Shown here one piece after another: positions 7,820 through 19,767 of a stretch of DNA of 64,000 nt. The position numbers were made by a program, and so were the translations under genes. The stretch is from NCBI GenBank assembly GCA_964016885.1, contig OZ024743.1, positions 351,292,001 through 351,356,000 of the forward strand, written 5' to 3'. Within the stretch, counting starts at the first letter, position 1. Every line of letters starts with the position of its first letter. Source of the DNA: Eledone cirrhosa. Its lineage: Eukaryota. The notes below the pieces were generated by a model. That model searched no databases. It saw only the letters and a list, made by a program, of their open reading frames with translations, and was not told the origin of the DNA.

Positions 7820-10800
7820 CTACAGGATGGTATACAGAGAAGGCCCACTTACACGAGCCATTCTCGCCACTATCACCCACCTTTCATAAAACTGCCTGTG
7901 GTCAAGCACCTCTCTCTCCATTCTTATCCTTCTTCCGAAGTGATATCGGAAGAAGTAGACCAGACTATGGCCAGAGAGGAAGTTGCCTGACCTCAGACCT
8001 TTCAATCGTGTCCACCAAACAACCTCTTTCAACATGGCTATTACGCACAGAAAAACCGCCTTTGCTTCCTTTGTGAAGAGGGGAGGCGGTTTGATTGTCA
8101 TCACGGACTCGGCGGTCAATTTAATCGGCGCCACCCTCGACAGCAGTCGTTCGGCGTAGCCCCACAGATCAGCCACGCCCGGACATTGCACCAATGCGTG
8201 CGCAACGGTTTCTTCGTGACGCACGCATCTAGGGCAAATCTTTTTTGAGGGATCCCTTCCCGGGCGCCCGTGTCTGTAGAGCCTCTCTCGAACGGGTAGA
8301 GCCCCCCGGTAGCACTGCCAGGCCAGTGACTTCTGGAAGTTGTCCATTGGTCCTGGGCCGAAAGTCCTACCGAACAGGCTGGCCAGTTCGTCTTCTTCCA
8401 TGTCCAGCGACTCTCCAAGGGTGTCATCGCCCCTGCTAGCCACCAGCCCTCTATAGAATGATGAGGTGGATTCTCCACCGATGGCCTGGCCCGCTTGCCA
8501 GAGAGCCCTGAGCACCTGAGCACACTCAGTGTGCCAGTCTCCCAGTTTTCCGGATCTTTGCTTGACCCAGGACTGTAGCTCGGTGAGCGAGACGAGTCTT
8601 GGAAAGGCTCGTTTCACGAACGGAGCCCACACCGGTTGACGAGTGAGGAATACCTGTAGGTGCCGTAGCCTTAATGCGTGCCTACGCATCATCAACCACG
8701 GCATCCCCAGCCCTCCTTTCGAAGGTTGTTGGCAGCAGATGGATCTTCTCACCATAGGAGGGCGCTTCTTCCAAAGAAATTGGAAGAGCATGCGTTCCAT
8801 GGTGGTGAGTGTTTCCTTAGGGCAAGGCACGACAGTCAGGCGGTAGTAAGTGACGGACGCTATGTAAATGTTCGCCACCTCCGCCCGGCCTTTTAGGGAC
8901 AGCTTACACTTGGCCCATTTCTGGGTTAGTGCAAACACCTTGTTCGTAACCTCGTCCCAGTTCTTTTCCACCTGGAGGTCCGGTCCAAACCAGACCCCAA
9001 GCAACTTTACCGGGCCCTCCGTCCAGTGTCCGACGACACCGTCAGGAGGCATCGTTCTGCCTCTCCACGTTCCGAGTTGCAGCCCGATGGATTTTTCCCG
9101 GTTCAGTTTCGCTCCTGACAACCTTTCGTACTCCTCCAGTAAGGTACCGATCGCCTCGATCTCCGAGTCGGTCGATACCATTACTGTTACGTCATCGGCG
9201 TAGGCCGACACCGCTTTGCTCAATCCTGGTTCCAGGGGGATACCCTGCAACAACTCCAACTTCCTCAGTAAAGGCTCGAGAGTCAATACGTACAGAAGGG
9301 AGGAGAGAGGGCACCCCTGTTGAATGGATCGTGTGATTTCGAACGGCTTCGAAAGGTAGCCGTTCACCTTGATCCTAGAACAGATGTGGTTGCTATGAAA
9401 GGCAGTGATCCAGCTTCTGAAAACAGGACCGAACCCAGCCGACGCTAGCACCTCATGCAGGTAACCATGGTCGACCCTATCGAAGGCCTTAGACTGATCC
9501 AAGTTGATCAGGGCCCCACCGAAGCCGGGTTTGTTGCCAACCCTCTCTATGATGTATCGCATGAGGTGGAGGTTATCGTGAATGGACCTGGATGGGATAG
9601 CACATGTTTGCGCATCTCCCACCAGGCCACCCACGACAAGCGCCAACCTCTTTGCTAACACCTTGGCCAAAATCTTTAACTCTGTGTTTAGCAGGGTAAT
9701 GGGCCGAAAATTATTTATACTATCTCCCTTATTCTCGTCCTCCCTCACCAGCGTGACTACGCCCTTGGCTACAGAACAAGGAATTCTCCCGTTCTGCTGC
9801 CAATTGCAGTAGACCGCTTCGAGGAGTTCGGAGAAGAAGACCGGCATTGCTAAATAAAGTTCGTAAGGTATACCATCGAGACCTGGAGATTTGCGTCTGC
9901 TGCATTGGCTCAGCGCATCTCCGATCTCATCAGCCGAGATTGGTCCCTCGCAGGACTCTGCCTCTTCGCTCGAGAGACGCGGCAGGCCGTCGAGGTATGG
10001 ACCGAAATCCACGCCCCCGCCCGGACCCCCGCCTCCCCCGAACAATCGGGCAAAGTGCCTTTGAAAGGCCTCGCACATCTGCTTAGGCTCCCGGATCACC
10101 CGTCCATCTTCATCTTGCAACGACCGGATGGTGGATCGATTTCCACTCTTAGCATCTGTCACGCGGGCCCAGCCAACGGCTTTGGCCCCCTCATTACCTA
10201 GAGCACGTATTTTACTTCGAATGACGCAGCCTTCGTGCTTTGCATCGAAAAACTGGTTCAAGGCCGTCCTCGATGCCAGCACTCTGGCCACATCTTCGCT
10301 CTTGATTGCCTCTTCTAATTTACCTGTTAATTCTTTCTCGTTTCTATTCCTATCGGCAGCTAACATCTTGCTATAACTTATTGATTCTGTTCTAATCTCT
10401 CTTTTGAGAGATGCCCACCATCGGTTGTTGACGATTGCACCCGTCAACCTCTCCTTAACTAATCTGCTAATCCGGTTTCTGTAAGTCTCTTTTGCCGGTA
10501 AAGACAAATTAAGTTTCCAGTAACCGGGACCCTGTCTATGTGTTTTCTCGAGATTGACTACGCAGGTCACTAATTTGTGATCCGTGTAGCCAACCGTGCG
10601 CATTTCTGGACAGCTTAATATGTCCCTATCCTTACTTCTAACTAAGAATCTATCTAAGTACGATCTAGATTGACCACTGTGGTTTCTCCAAGTCCAGGTA
10701 GGCACAGTTGGAAAATCTAGTCGATATCTATCGACCAAGTTAAAACGGTCGAGTAACCCCTTGAGACTGTTACACCCCCCCTCTATTAGGACATGCTCCT

Positions 10801-11258
10801 GCATAGTCCCAACGTGAATCTAGGATGTCATTCCAATCCCCCGCTAGAAGCAGGGAACACGACGTTCCCAGAAAAGTCTCCAAACGCTGGAAGAAGTCGG
10901 GCCGTTCAGCTCCGAAAGGGGAGTAGACGGCGACCAGTCTCAAGGCCGCACTTTCACTACGGCCAACGTCTAGCACCAACAGACGACCCTCCGGGTCCGA
11001 GTGCACAACCTGTACGGCAAGACCCATGTGTTTTTGCAGCAGTGCGACAACCCCACCCCCACCTCCAGGTTGACAGAGAGATGCATGCACCTCAAAGTCA
11101 TCGAAGGTGGGGGCCAGCTGCCGCACGACGCTGATTCGAGTCTCACAGATAACCATTACATTTATACTACATGACCTGAGGTCATTTAGAAGCTTTGCTT
11201 GCTTCCAAGTTGAGCCCAGGCCACGTGCATTCAAACATCCTACTCTTAACACATCCAT
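7820..11258 (-). pseudogene. ORF2 (APE-RT) of copy 3, one frameshift in a C-run near 10780
   Basis: ORFs 10770-11258 (EN N-terminus) and 7820-10804 (remainder) join across the homopolymer; could be a sequencing error. Confidence 0.88.
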
Positions 11259-11291
11259 GTGGTCGGCAGAGCCAAAGGAGAGTGTAGAGAC

Positions 11292-12823
11292 CTACCTTTC
11301 TGCTTCCCGGGGTTCGGGTTGCACGACTTCCATGGGGTCGGGGGTGTTGGGTGAAGGGGTGTCTTGTGGTGGTGTGGGGTCGTCAGTGTTTGGTGGGGTT
11401 GGGTGTTTGGAGTTGTGTTGGAGAGGGGAAGGGGAGGGGGAAAGCTTTTTAGTAGGACGCGGTTTATGGGTTTGACAGAGGGTAGTCCTACGTCCTCCTT
11501 AAAATCCTTTTTTAGTTTTTGGTAGAGGTTCATTGGGATCTTTATTAATTTTAAATGTGGGTAGTTTTCTGAAGAAACAAATTTTACACCTTCGGTTTGT
11601 ACCGAAGGATTATCGTATATGAGTTCATTTAATTTATTATTGTTTCTGTTGATGTAAGTATAGTGTAATGTCTTTTTTTCGGATGGTGTGAGTGTTTCGA
11701 AGAGGGGAGGGGCAGGTTTGGTTTTGTTTGTTGCTGGAGGGGTGTTTTCTGTTTTGTTGGATTGTGTTGAGATTTGGGTGGGGGTTGTTTGGGCTTGTGT
11801 GTTTTGCACATGTTTTCTTTTTTTCCTTTTAATCTGTCTGAAGGACTCCGTTTCTTCCTCCGAATTCGTTGGGTTATCTTCAGTGTTGGAGGGAAGAGGT
11901 ATGTTTGCTGGTAATGTTTCCGTGTTGGTTTTCTTTGTGAGGGAGATGGATGTCACTATGTTAGACTGTGTTGTGTGTTGTGTCTGCGGTGGTTGTGTTG
12001 TTTTATTGAGTGAGAGGTTGGGTGGGCCTGTATTTTGTTTTGGGGTAATGTGTTGTGACTGTTTGTGTTGTGGTGGTGGTGTGGTTTTACTGAGGGACGG
12101 GTTGGGTGGGACTGAGTTTTGTTGCTTGTTTATCTGTTGTGGTGGTGGTGGTGGAGCTGGTGTTGGTAGCAGGGTTTTCTTTTTTTTGAGTTGGGGACAA
12201 GCGGCCTTCAGGTGCCCTCTGCCTGCACAGATATGGCAGGACGGCCTTCTCCCCTCCACGCTAATGTTTATATACCCGTGGTCCTCTAATAGGATTCTGT
12301 CGGGTATTTGGTCGATGCGTTCAGGCTTCATTTGCACTACCAGCTCTATACCTGTTCCACTGAACGCATTGCCTGTGGTTTTCCCAATGGAAATCACGTT
12401 GTCATTCACTGGATCGATGAAGCCAGCTATGAGCCAGCAGTAGTCCACATCTGGCATCATTGCATCCAGCCATATGCGTTGAGTTCTTTTACCCATATAA
12501 GATGGATAAAAGGTAAAATTTTTCGAACGAATCGGTGACAAAGCACATTTTTTTGCCGCCGATTCGTTCTTCATGATAATTGCTAGGCTTCCATACAGTC
12601 TGTCTTTTCTTATGAAAGTGGTTTCATTAAGTACTTCTGTGAGTACTGTTTTGATATCTGCTTGAGAAGGCTGTTCAGGTTTTTTTTGTACTGTTGTTGA
12701 TGGTCCGAAACTTGACCGTTCGGCTTTCAATGTCTTTGGTGAATTCGTGAGGCATTTTTACCGATAAAATACCATTCTCTCCTTCACTTATGTATTGTTT
12801 GGCGTCTGTGATCCTTCGTGCCT
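11292..12823 (-). pseudogene. 5'-truncated, frameshifted ORF1 of copy 3
   Basis: CHICAGRGHLKAAC knuckle; homologous to copy 9 ORF1; ancestral stop TAG at 11292-11294. Confidence 0.85.
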
Positions 12824-12883
12824 GATAGATAGATAGATAGATAGATAGATAGGTAGATAGATAGATAGATAGATAGATAGATC

Positions 12884-12941
<58 letters not shown>

Positions 12942-12979
12942 CAGTCAGACAGACAGACAGACAGACAAATAGATAGATA
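12824..12979 (+). repeat. (GATA)n/(GACA)n microsatellite between copies 3 and 4
   Basis: Directly visible. Confidence 0.97.
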
Positions 12980-15900
12980 AGTTTCTTTTATTTGCCACTA
13001 GGGCATCAAAAGTGGGACAAGTACAAAGGGGGGAGTTTACACAAAAAGGCGTCCTCAATAAGGAGGAGGCAATAACAAAATATAAAAATAAAATAAGATA
13101 TAACAAAAAATAAAATTTTTAACAAAATCCTCAATAGAGAGGAGGCGCCTTGGGGGGTCGCACACACCCCCGAAAAAAGTGTGCAACCCTTTTCCTCAGG
13201 AGCACAGAGAGGGGGTGCTCCCTCGTTCCTTCCTCTTTTCCACCTACAGGCTTATGTAAAGAGAAGGCCCATTCACACGGGCCATTCTCGCCACTTTCAC
13301 CCACCTTTCATAAAAACGACTGGGGTGCAGCACCTCTCTCTCCATCCTGATCCTTCTTCCGAAATGATATCGGAAGAAACGGACCAGTTGTTGGCCAGAG
13401 AGAAAGGTGCTTGACCTCAGTCCTTTCAGACGCGTCCACCATACAACCTCTTTCGCCATGGCTATTACGCACAGAAACACCGCCTCTGCTTCATCTTTGA
13501 AGGGGGGAGGCGGCTTGATCATTACAATAGACTCGGTGGTCAACCGGATCGGTCCCACCCTTGACAGCAGTTGTTCGACATAGCCCCACAGATCGGCTAC
13601 GCCCGAGCAGTGTACCAATGCGTGTGCAACGGTTTCCTCGTCGCACACGCATCTGGGACAGATCTTTTTGGCGGGGTCCCTACCCGGGCGCCCGTGTCTG
13701 TAGAGCCTTTCTCGAACGGGTAAAGCCCCTCGGTAGCACTGCCAGGCCAGGGACTTCTGGAAGTTGTCCATAGGTCCCGGGCTGAATGTCCTACCGAACA
13801 GGCTGGCCAGTTCGTCCTCCTCCATGTCTAGGGCTTCTCCGAGGGCGTCGTCGCACCTGCTGCGTACCAGCCCTCTATAGAATGTTGCGGTGGAGTCTCC
13901 ACTGATAACCGGATCCGCCTGCCAGAGGGCGGTGAGCGCCTGGGCACACTCAGTGTGCCAGGCGCCCAGTTTTCTCGGTCTTTGCTTGACCCAGGATTGC
14001 AGCTCGGTGAGTGAGACGAGTCTGGGAAAGGTTCGTCTCACAAACGAGGCCCACACCGGTTGTCCGGTGAGGAATACGTAGAGGTGCCGTAGCCTTAATG
14101 CGTGTTTACGCATCATTAGCCACGGCATCCCCAGCCCTCCTTTCGAAGGGTGTTGACAGCAGATGGATCTCCTCACCATAGGAGCCCGCCCCTTCCAAAT
14201 GAATTGGACGAGCGCGCGCTCCATCTTGGTGAGGGTTTCCCTTGGGCAGGGCACTACGGTCAGGCGGTAGTAGATGACGGACGCTATATAAGTGTTCGCC
14301 ACCTCCGCCCGACCTTTCAGGGATAGTTTGCAACTGGCCCACTTCTGGGTCAGTGCAAACACCCTGTTCGTAACCTCCGCCCAGTTTTTCTCCACCTGGA
14401 GGTCCGGTCCGAACCAGACCCCGAGCAACTTCACCGGGCCCTCCGTCCAGCGTCCGACGACGCCATCGGAGGGCATCGGTCTGCCCCTCCACGTGCCGAG
14501 TTGCAAACCGATCGACTTGTCCCGGTTCAGCTTAGCCCCTGTGAACTTTTCGTACTCCTCCAGTAAGGTGCCGACCGCCTCGATTTCGGAGGCCGTCGAC
14601 ACCATTACTGTCACATCATCGGCGTAGGCTGACACCGCTTTCCGCAATCCCGGTTCCAAAGGGATGCCCTGCAACAACTCCAACTTCCGCAGTAGTGGCT
14701 CGAGAGTCAACACATACAGAAGGGAGGAGAGAGGGCACCCTTGTCGGATGGACCGCGCGATTTTGAACGGCTCCGAGAGGTAGCCGTTCACCTTGACCCT
14801 AGAGCAGATGCGGCTGCTGTGCATAGCAGTGATCCAGCCCCTGAAAACGGGTCCGAAGCCTGCCGCCGCTAGCACCGCATCCAGGTAACCATGGTCGACC
14901 CTATCGAACGCCTTAGATTGATCCAAGTTGATCAGAGCCCCACCAAAGCCGGGTTCGTTCCCAACCCTCTCTATGATGTATCGCATGAGGTGGAGGTTGT
15001 CATGGATGGACCTGGACGGGATAGCGCATGTCTGCGCATCTCCCACCAGGTTGCCCACGACAAGCGCCAACCTCTTTGCTAGCACCTTGGCCAAAATCTG
15101 TAACTCTGTATTTAGAAGAGTTATGGGCCTGAAGTTACTTATTTCGTCCCCCTTGTTCTCGTCCTTCCTCACTAGCGTGACTACGCCCTTGGTCACAGTA
15201 CAGGGAATTCTCCCGTTCTGTTGCCAGTTGCAGTAGACCGCCTCGAGGAGATCGGGGAACAAGTCCGGCATAGCTAGATATAATTCGTAAGGAAGACCAT
15301 CGAGACCCGGGGATTTGCGTTTGCCGCATTGCCCCAGCACGTCCTCTATCTCAGCGGCCGAAATCGGCTCCTCGCAAGACTTCGCCTCCCTGTCCGAGAG
15401 GCGCGGCAGGCCGTCGAGGTATGGACCGAAGTCCACGTTTCCAACCGGCTCCCCGCCCCTCCCGAACAGTCGGGCAAAGTGCCTTTGAAAGGCCTCACAC
15501 ATCTGCTTAGGCTCAAGAATCGCCCGTCCATCCAGGTCTCGCAAAGACCGGATGGTGGATTTTGTTCCACTGTTGGCCTCTGTCACGCGGGCCCAGCTAA
15601 CAGCTTTGGCCCCCTCGTTCCCTAGAGCACGTATTTTACTTCGGACAACGCAGCCTTCGTGCTTCGCGTCGAAAAACTGGCTCAAAGCCGTTCTCGACGC
15701 TAGCACTCTGGCCACGTCGCCGCTTCTAATTGCCTCTTCTACTCTATCTATTAGCTCCCTTTCCTTCCTATTCCTATCCGCAGCTAGAACCTTACTAAAT
15801 TCAATCGAGACTACTCTAATCTCTCTCTTTAGAGATACCCACCACCTGCTGTTGACGATCGCTCCAGTCAACCGTTCCTTAACTAACGTACTAATCCGAT

Positions 15901-16546
15901 TCCTGTAGGCTCTACTTGCCGGCAAGGACAAGTTGAGCTTCCAGTAACCGGGGCCCTGTCTATGCGTTCTATCAAGGTTGACCATGCAGGTCACCAACTT
16001 GTGGTCTGAATAGCCAACCATGAGCATTTCTGGACAACTTAAAAAGTCCCTGTCCTTATTTCTAACTAAAAATCTATCTAGGTACGATCTAGATGATCCG
16101 CTGCGATTTGACCAAGACCAGGTTGGCACCGTCGGAAAATCTAGTCGAAATCTATCGGCCAGGTCAAATCGGCCGAGTAACCCCTTGAGGCTGTTGCACC
16201 CCTCTCTATCGGGACATGCCCCTGCATAGTCCCAACGTGCATCCAGGATACCATTCCAATCCTCCACTAAAAGCAGGGAACGGGACGTCCCTAGAAAAGA
16301 CTCCAGACGCTGGAAAAAGTCGGGCCGCTCTGTCCCAAAAGGGGCATATGCGGCTATCAGCCTAAGGGCTCTACCTTCACCACTACCAAGGTCCAGCACC
16401 ACCAGTCGACCCCCTGGGTCCAAGTGAACTATCTGTGTTGCAAGGCCCATATGTTTTTGCAGCAGAACGACAACCCCACCCCCACCTCCGGGCTGACAGA
16501 GAGATGCGTGCATCTCAAAGTCGTCAAAGGTGGGGCTAGCTGTCGC
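12980..16546 (-). mobile_element. Tx1-type retrotransposon, copy 4 (mostly subfamily A), 5'-truncated within the endonuclease
   Basis: ORF2 open from 16546 to the stop at 13244; RT near-identical to copy 2; truncation point abuts (GATA)n. Confidence 0.93.
13244..16546 (-). pseudogene. 5'-truncated ORF2 of copy 4 (lacks roughly the first 45 aa of the endonuclease)
   Basis: The ORF track extends through the TATC repeat (IYLS) only because that strand has no stops; homology begins at 'PTFDDFEMH'. Confidence 0.85.

Positions 16547-16631
<85 letters not shown>
16547..16631 (+). repeat. (GATA)n microsatellite between copies 4 and 5
   Basis: Directly visible. Confidence 0.97.
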
Positions 16632-16632
<1 letters not shown>

Positions 16633-19600
16633 CTTTCTTTTTATTTGCCACCAGGGCATCAAAGAGTGGGACAAGTACAACAGGAGGGGGAGTTTACATA
16701 AAAAGGCGTCCTCACTAAGGAGGAGGCAATAACAAAATATAAAAATATAAAATATAAAATATAAAAAAAATAAATTGAATAACAAAATCCTCAATAGGGA
16801 GGAGGCGCCTTGCGGGGTTGCACACACCCCCGAAAAAGTGTGCAACCCTTCTCCTCAGGAGCACTGAGAGAGGGTGCTCCCATGATCTTTCATCTTTCTC
16901 ACCTACAGTCTGATGTAGAGTGAAGGCCCATTCACACGGGCCATTCTCGCCACTTTCACCCATCTTTCATAGAAACGGCTGGGGTGCAGCACCTCTCTCT
17001 CCTATCCTGATCCTTCTTCCGAAATGATATCAGAAGAAACGGACCAGTTGTTGGCCAGAGAGAAAGGCGTTTGACCTCAGTCCTTTCAGACGGGTCCACC
17101 ATACAACCTCTTTTACCCTGGCTATTACGCACAGAAACACCGCCTCTCCTTCGTTTTTGAAGAGGGGAGGCGGCTTGATCGTTACAATAGACTCGATGGT
17201 CAACTGGATCGGTCCCACCCGTGACAGCAGTCGTTCGACATAGCCCCACAGATCGGCAATGACCTAGATGATCCGCTAAGGTTTGCCCAAGTCCAAGTTG
17301 GCGCAGTCGGAAAATCTAATCGATATCTATCGGCCAGGTCAAATCGACCGATTAACCCTTTGAGGCTGTTACACCCCTCTCTATCAGGACAGGCCCCTAC
17401 GTAGTCCCAACCAGGCCCCTACGTAGTCCCAACGTGCATCTCGGATACCATTCCAGTCCCCCACTAATAGCAAGGAGCGGGACGTCCCTAGAAAAGTCTC
17501 CAGACGATGGAAGAAGTCCGGCCGCGTTGACCCGAAAGGGCCGTAGACGGCTACCAGCCTAAACGCTCCGCCTACACCACTGCCAAGGTCCAGAACCACT
17601 AGTCGACCCTCCGGGTCCAAATGTACCGTCTGTGTTGCGAGACCCAGATGTTTTTGCAGCGGAGCGACAACCCCACCCACACCTCCGGGCTGACAGAGAG
17701 ATGCGTGCATCTCAAAGTCATCAAAGGTGGGGCCAGCTGTCGCCCGTTGCTGATCCGGGCCTCGCAAATAACCATCACATCTATACCTTGTGACCTGAGG
17801 TCATTTAGAAGCATTACTTGCTTCCAAGTTGTGCCCAGGCCACGCGCATTTAGACAGCCTACTCTTAGCATAACCATGTTGGTGGTGAAGAAAAAAGCCA
17901 CTTACATCTCTGCGTCCCGGGTATCGGGCTGCATAATTTCCATGAGGGTGGGGGATGGGTTGTTGGGTGTGGTGGTGTTTTGTGGAAGTGTAGGGGCATC
18001 AGTGTGTTGTGTGGTTGTTTGGGGAAGGGGTGGGGAATTGTTTTAGGAGGACGCGGCTAATGGGCCCGACGCAGGGGGGGGGACGTCCTCTTTAAAGTTG
18101 TATTTTAGTGTTTTATGTGTCCTCTGGGGCCTTAATCATTTTGAGGTGGGGGAAATCCCCTGCCTGGGTGAAGTTAGGCCCTTGGGTTTTTACTAAATTG
18201 TTGTTGTATACAATGTTTAACAGTTTTTTTATTTCTTGTGTTTATGTATGTGTATGCATGTTTTTGTTTTTGTGTGGTGTTTTTTGTTTGCTGTTGTTGT
18301 GTGCTCTTTTGTGTTGGTGTCTGTGTTATGTTTTGGGGAGGGGTTATTTTCATTTGTGTCTGAGGTGTGTTTTCTATTTTTTCTTTTGATTGTGTGGAAG
18401 TGCTCCTCCTCGTCTGATGACGAACGAGGGCCATCTTCCGCGTTGGAGGGGAGGGGTAGCTTTTCGGGTTGTGTTTGCGGTGCGGGTGTTTCGGAAATTG
18501 TTTTGTTTTGAGTGGGGGGGGGGACAGTGTTTTGTTTTGGTTTGAGCTGTGGTTGTTGTTTTTGTAATGGTGGTTGTGGTGATTGTATTGGTTGTGCAGT
18601 TGTTGGTGGTGTAGGCAGGATTGGGGTTTTCTTTTTAAGTTGAGGACAGACAACCCTCAGGTGACCTCTGGCTACACAGAGGTAACACGAGGGCCACCTA
18701 CCCTCAACGGTAATGTTGATAAAAGTTTGATCATCCAGTATGATGCGTTCAGGGATCTGAGCGATCCTTTCGGGCCTCATTTGAACAAAAAGTTCGAGGT
18801 CCATTACACTGAACGCGTCACCCGATGCCTTTCCCATGGATATTAATATGTCATCGTTCAGGTCAAGAAAACCTGTTAACACCCACCATATGTCCATAAT
18901 TGGAAGAATGGTGTATATTTTTATTTTCTGCGTCCTTCTACCCATGTACGTAGGGTAGAAGGTGTATGCGGTGGATGTAATAGGTTTTACCGAAAGTTTT
19001 TTTGCCGTGTCCTGGTCCTTCATGAGAATGGATAGACTCCCATAGAGTCTATCCTTTTGTATGAACAGAATGTCTTTCATTACATCTTTTAAGACCATCT
19101 CTATCTCACTCTGTGAATGTTGAGCTGGTCTTTTCGTTTTATTTAACACTGTCCTAAACATCACTGTGTTTAGGAGTCTCTGACTTTTTAGTTCCGGGGG
19201 GGGGGGTGGGGGTAGTGGATCGAAAATGATCCATTTTCCCCGTACACTATATATTTTTTGGCATCTGCCAGTAGCTCCTTCACTTTGCTTATATCTACTG
19301 GCAGATAGTCGAGGGTTTTCCTTGCCGTCTGGGCGAAGGAGACTTTTCCTTGTTTGTGTTGCTGTTGTAGTTGGTGGTGTTGTTGTTATCATTGTTGTTG
19401 GTGTTGTTGTTTTTGTTGTCTTTATTGTTGCTGTTGTTGTCGTTGTTGTTGTTGTTGTTTTCTGTTTCTTGTGTAGTTGTGGCTACATCAAGTTGTCGGT
19501 CAGCAGGTCTGTCATCTGCTACTGTGACAGTGGCAGGGGGAAGCTGTGAGTTTAGCTTCCCTTTTCGAAATTTTTCGAAAGATAACATTTTTTTTTCAAC

Positions 19601-19767
19601 ACAATTTCGCCTAATGGTGTAGAATAATTTGAGAGACTGACCAGATCAAAATTTGACCTGGCAGTCCCTCTACAAAATGGTACAAAAATGAAAGTTTACA
19701 GTTTGGAATTTCTATGGAAATTTAGGCAGAACTTACCCAGCAAGTTTTACGCGTGTGTCCATCCCAA
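16632..19767 (-). mobile_element. Tx1-type retrotransposon, copy 5 (subfamily A-like), both termini present, about 2.5 kb internal deletion removing RT
   Basis: 5'UTR matches copy 2; ORF1 frameshifted; EN joins directly to the ORF2 C-terminus at about 17261; (GATA)4 at 19768-19783. Confidence 0.9.

Larger units (their letters stand above)
7606..12823 (-). mobile_element. Tx1-type retrotransposon, copy 3 (subfamily B), 5'-truncated within ORF1
   Basis: ORF2 and the 3' part of ORF1; homology to copy 9 stops at 12823, immediately followed by (GATA)n. Confidence 0.93.

Noticed and set aside
16547-16651. N-terminal MANKKKV(IYLS)n extension of the 1135-aa ORF
   Set aside because: It starts at a GTG in copy 5's 3' end and runs through (TATC)n, which has no stop codons; an ORF-calling artifact rather than a real fusion
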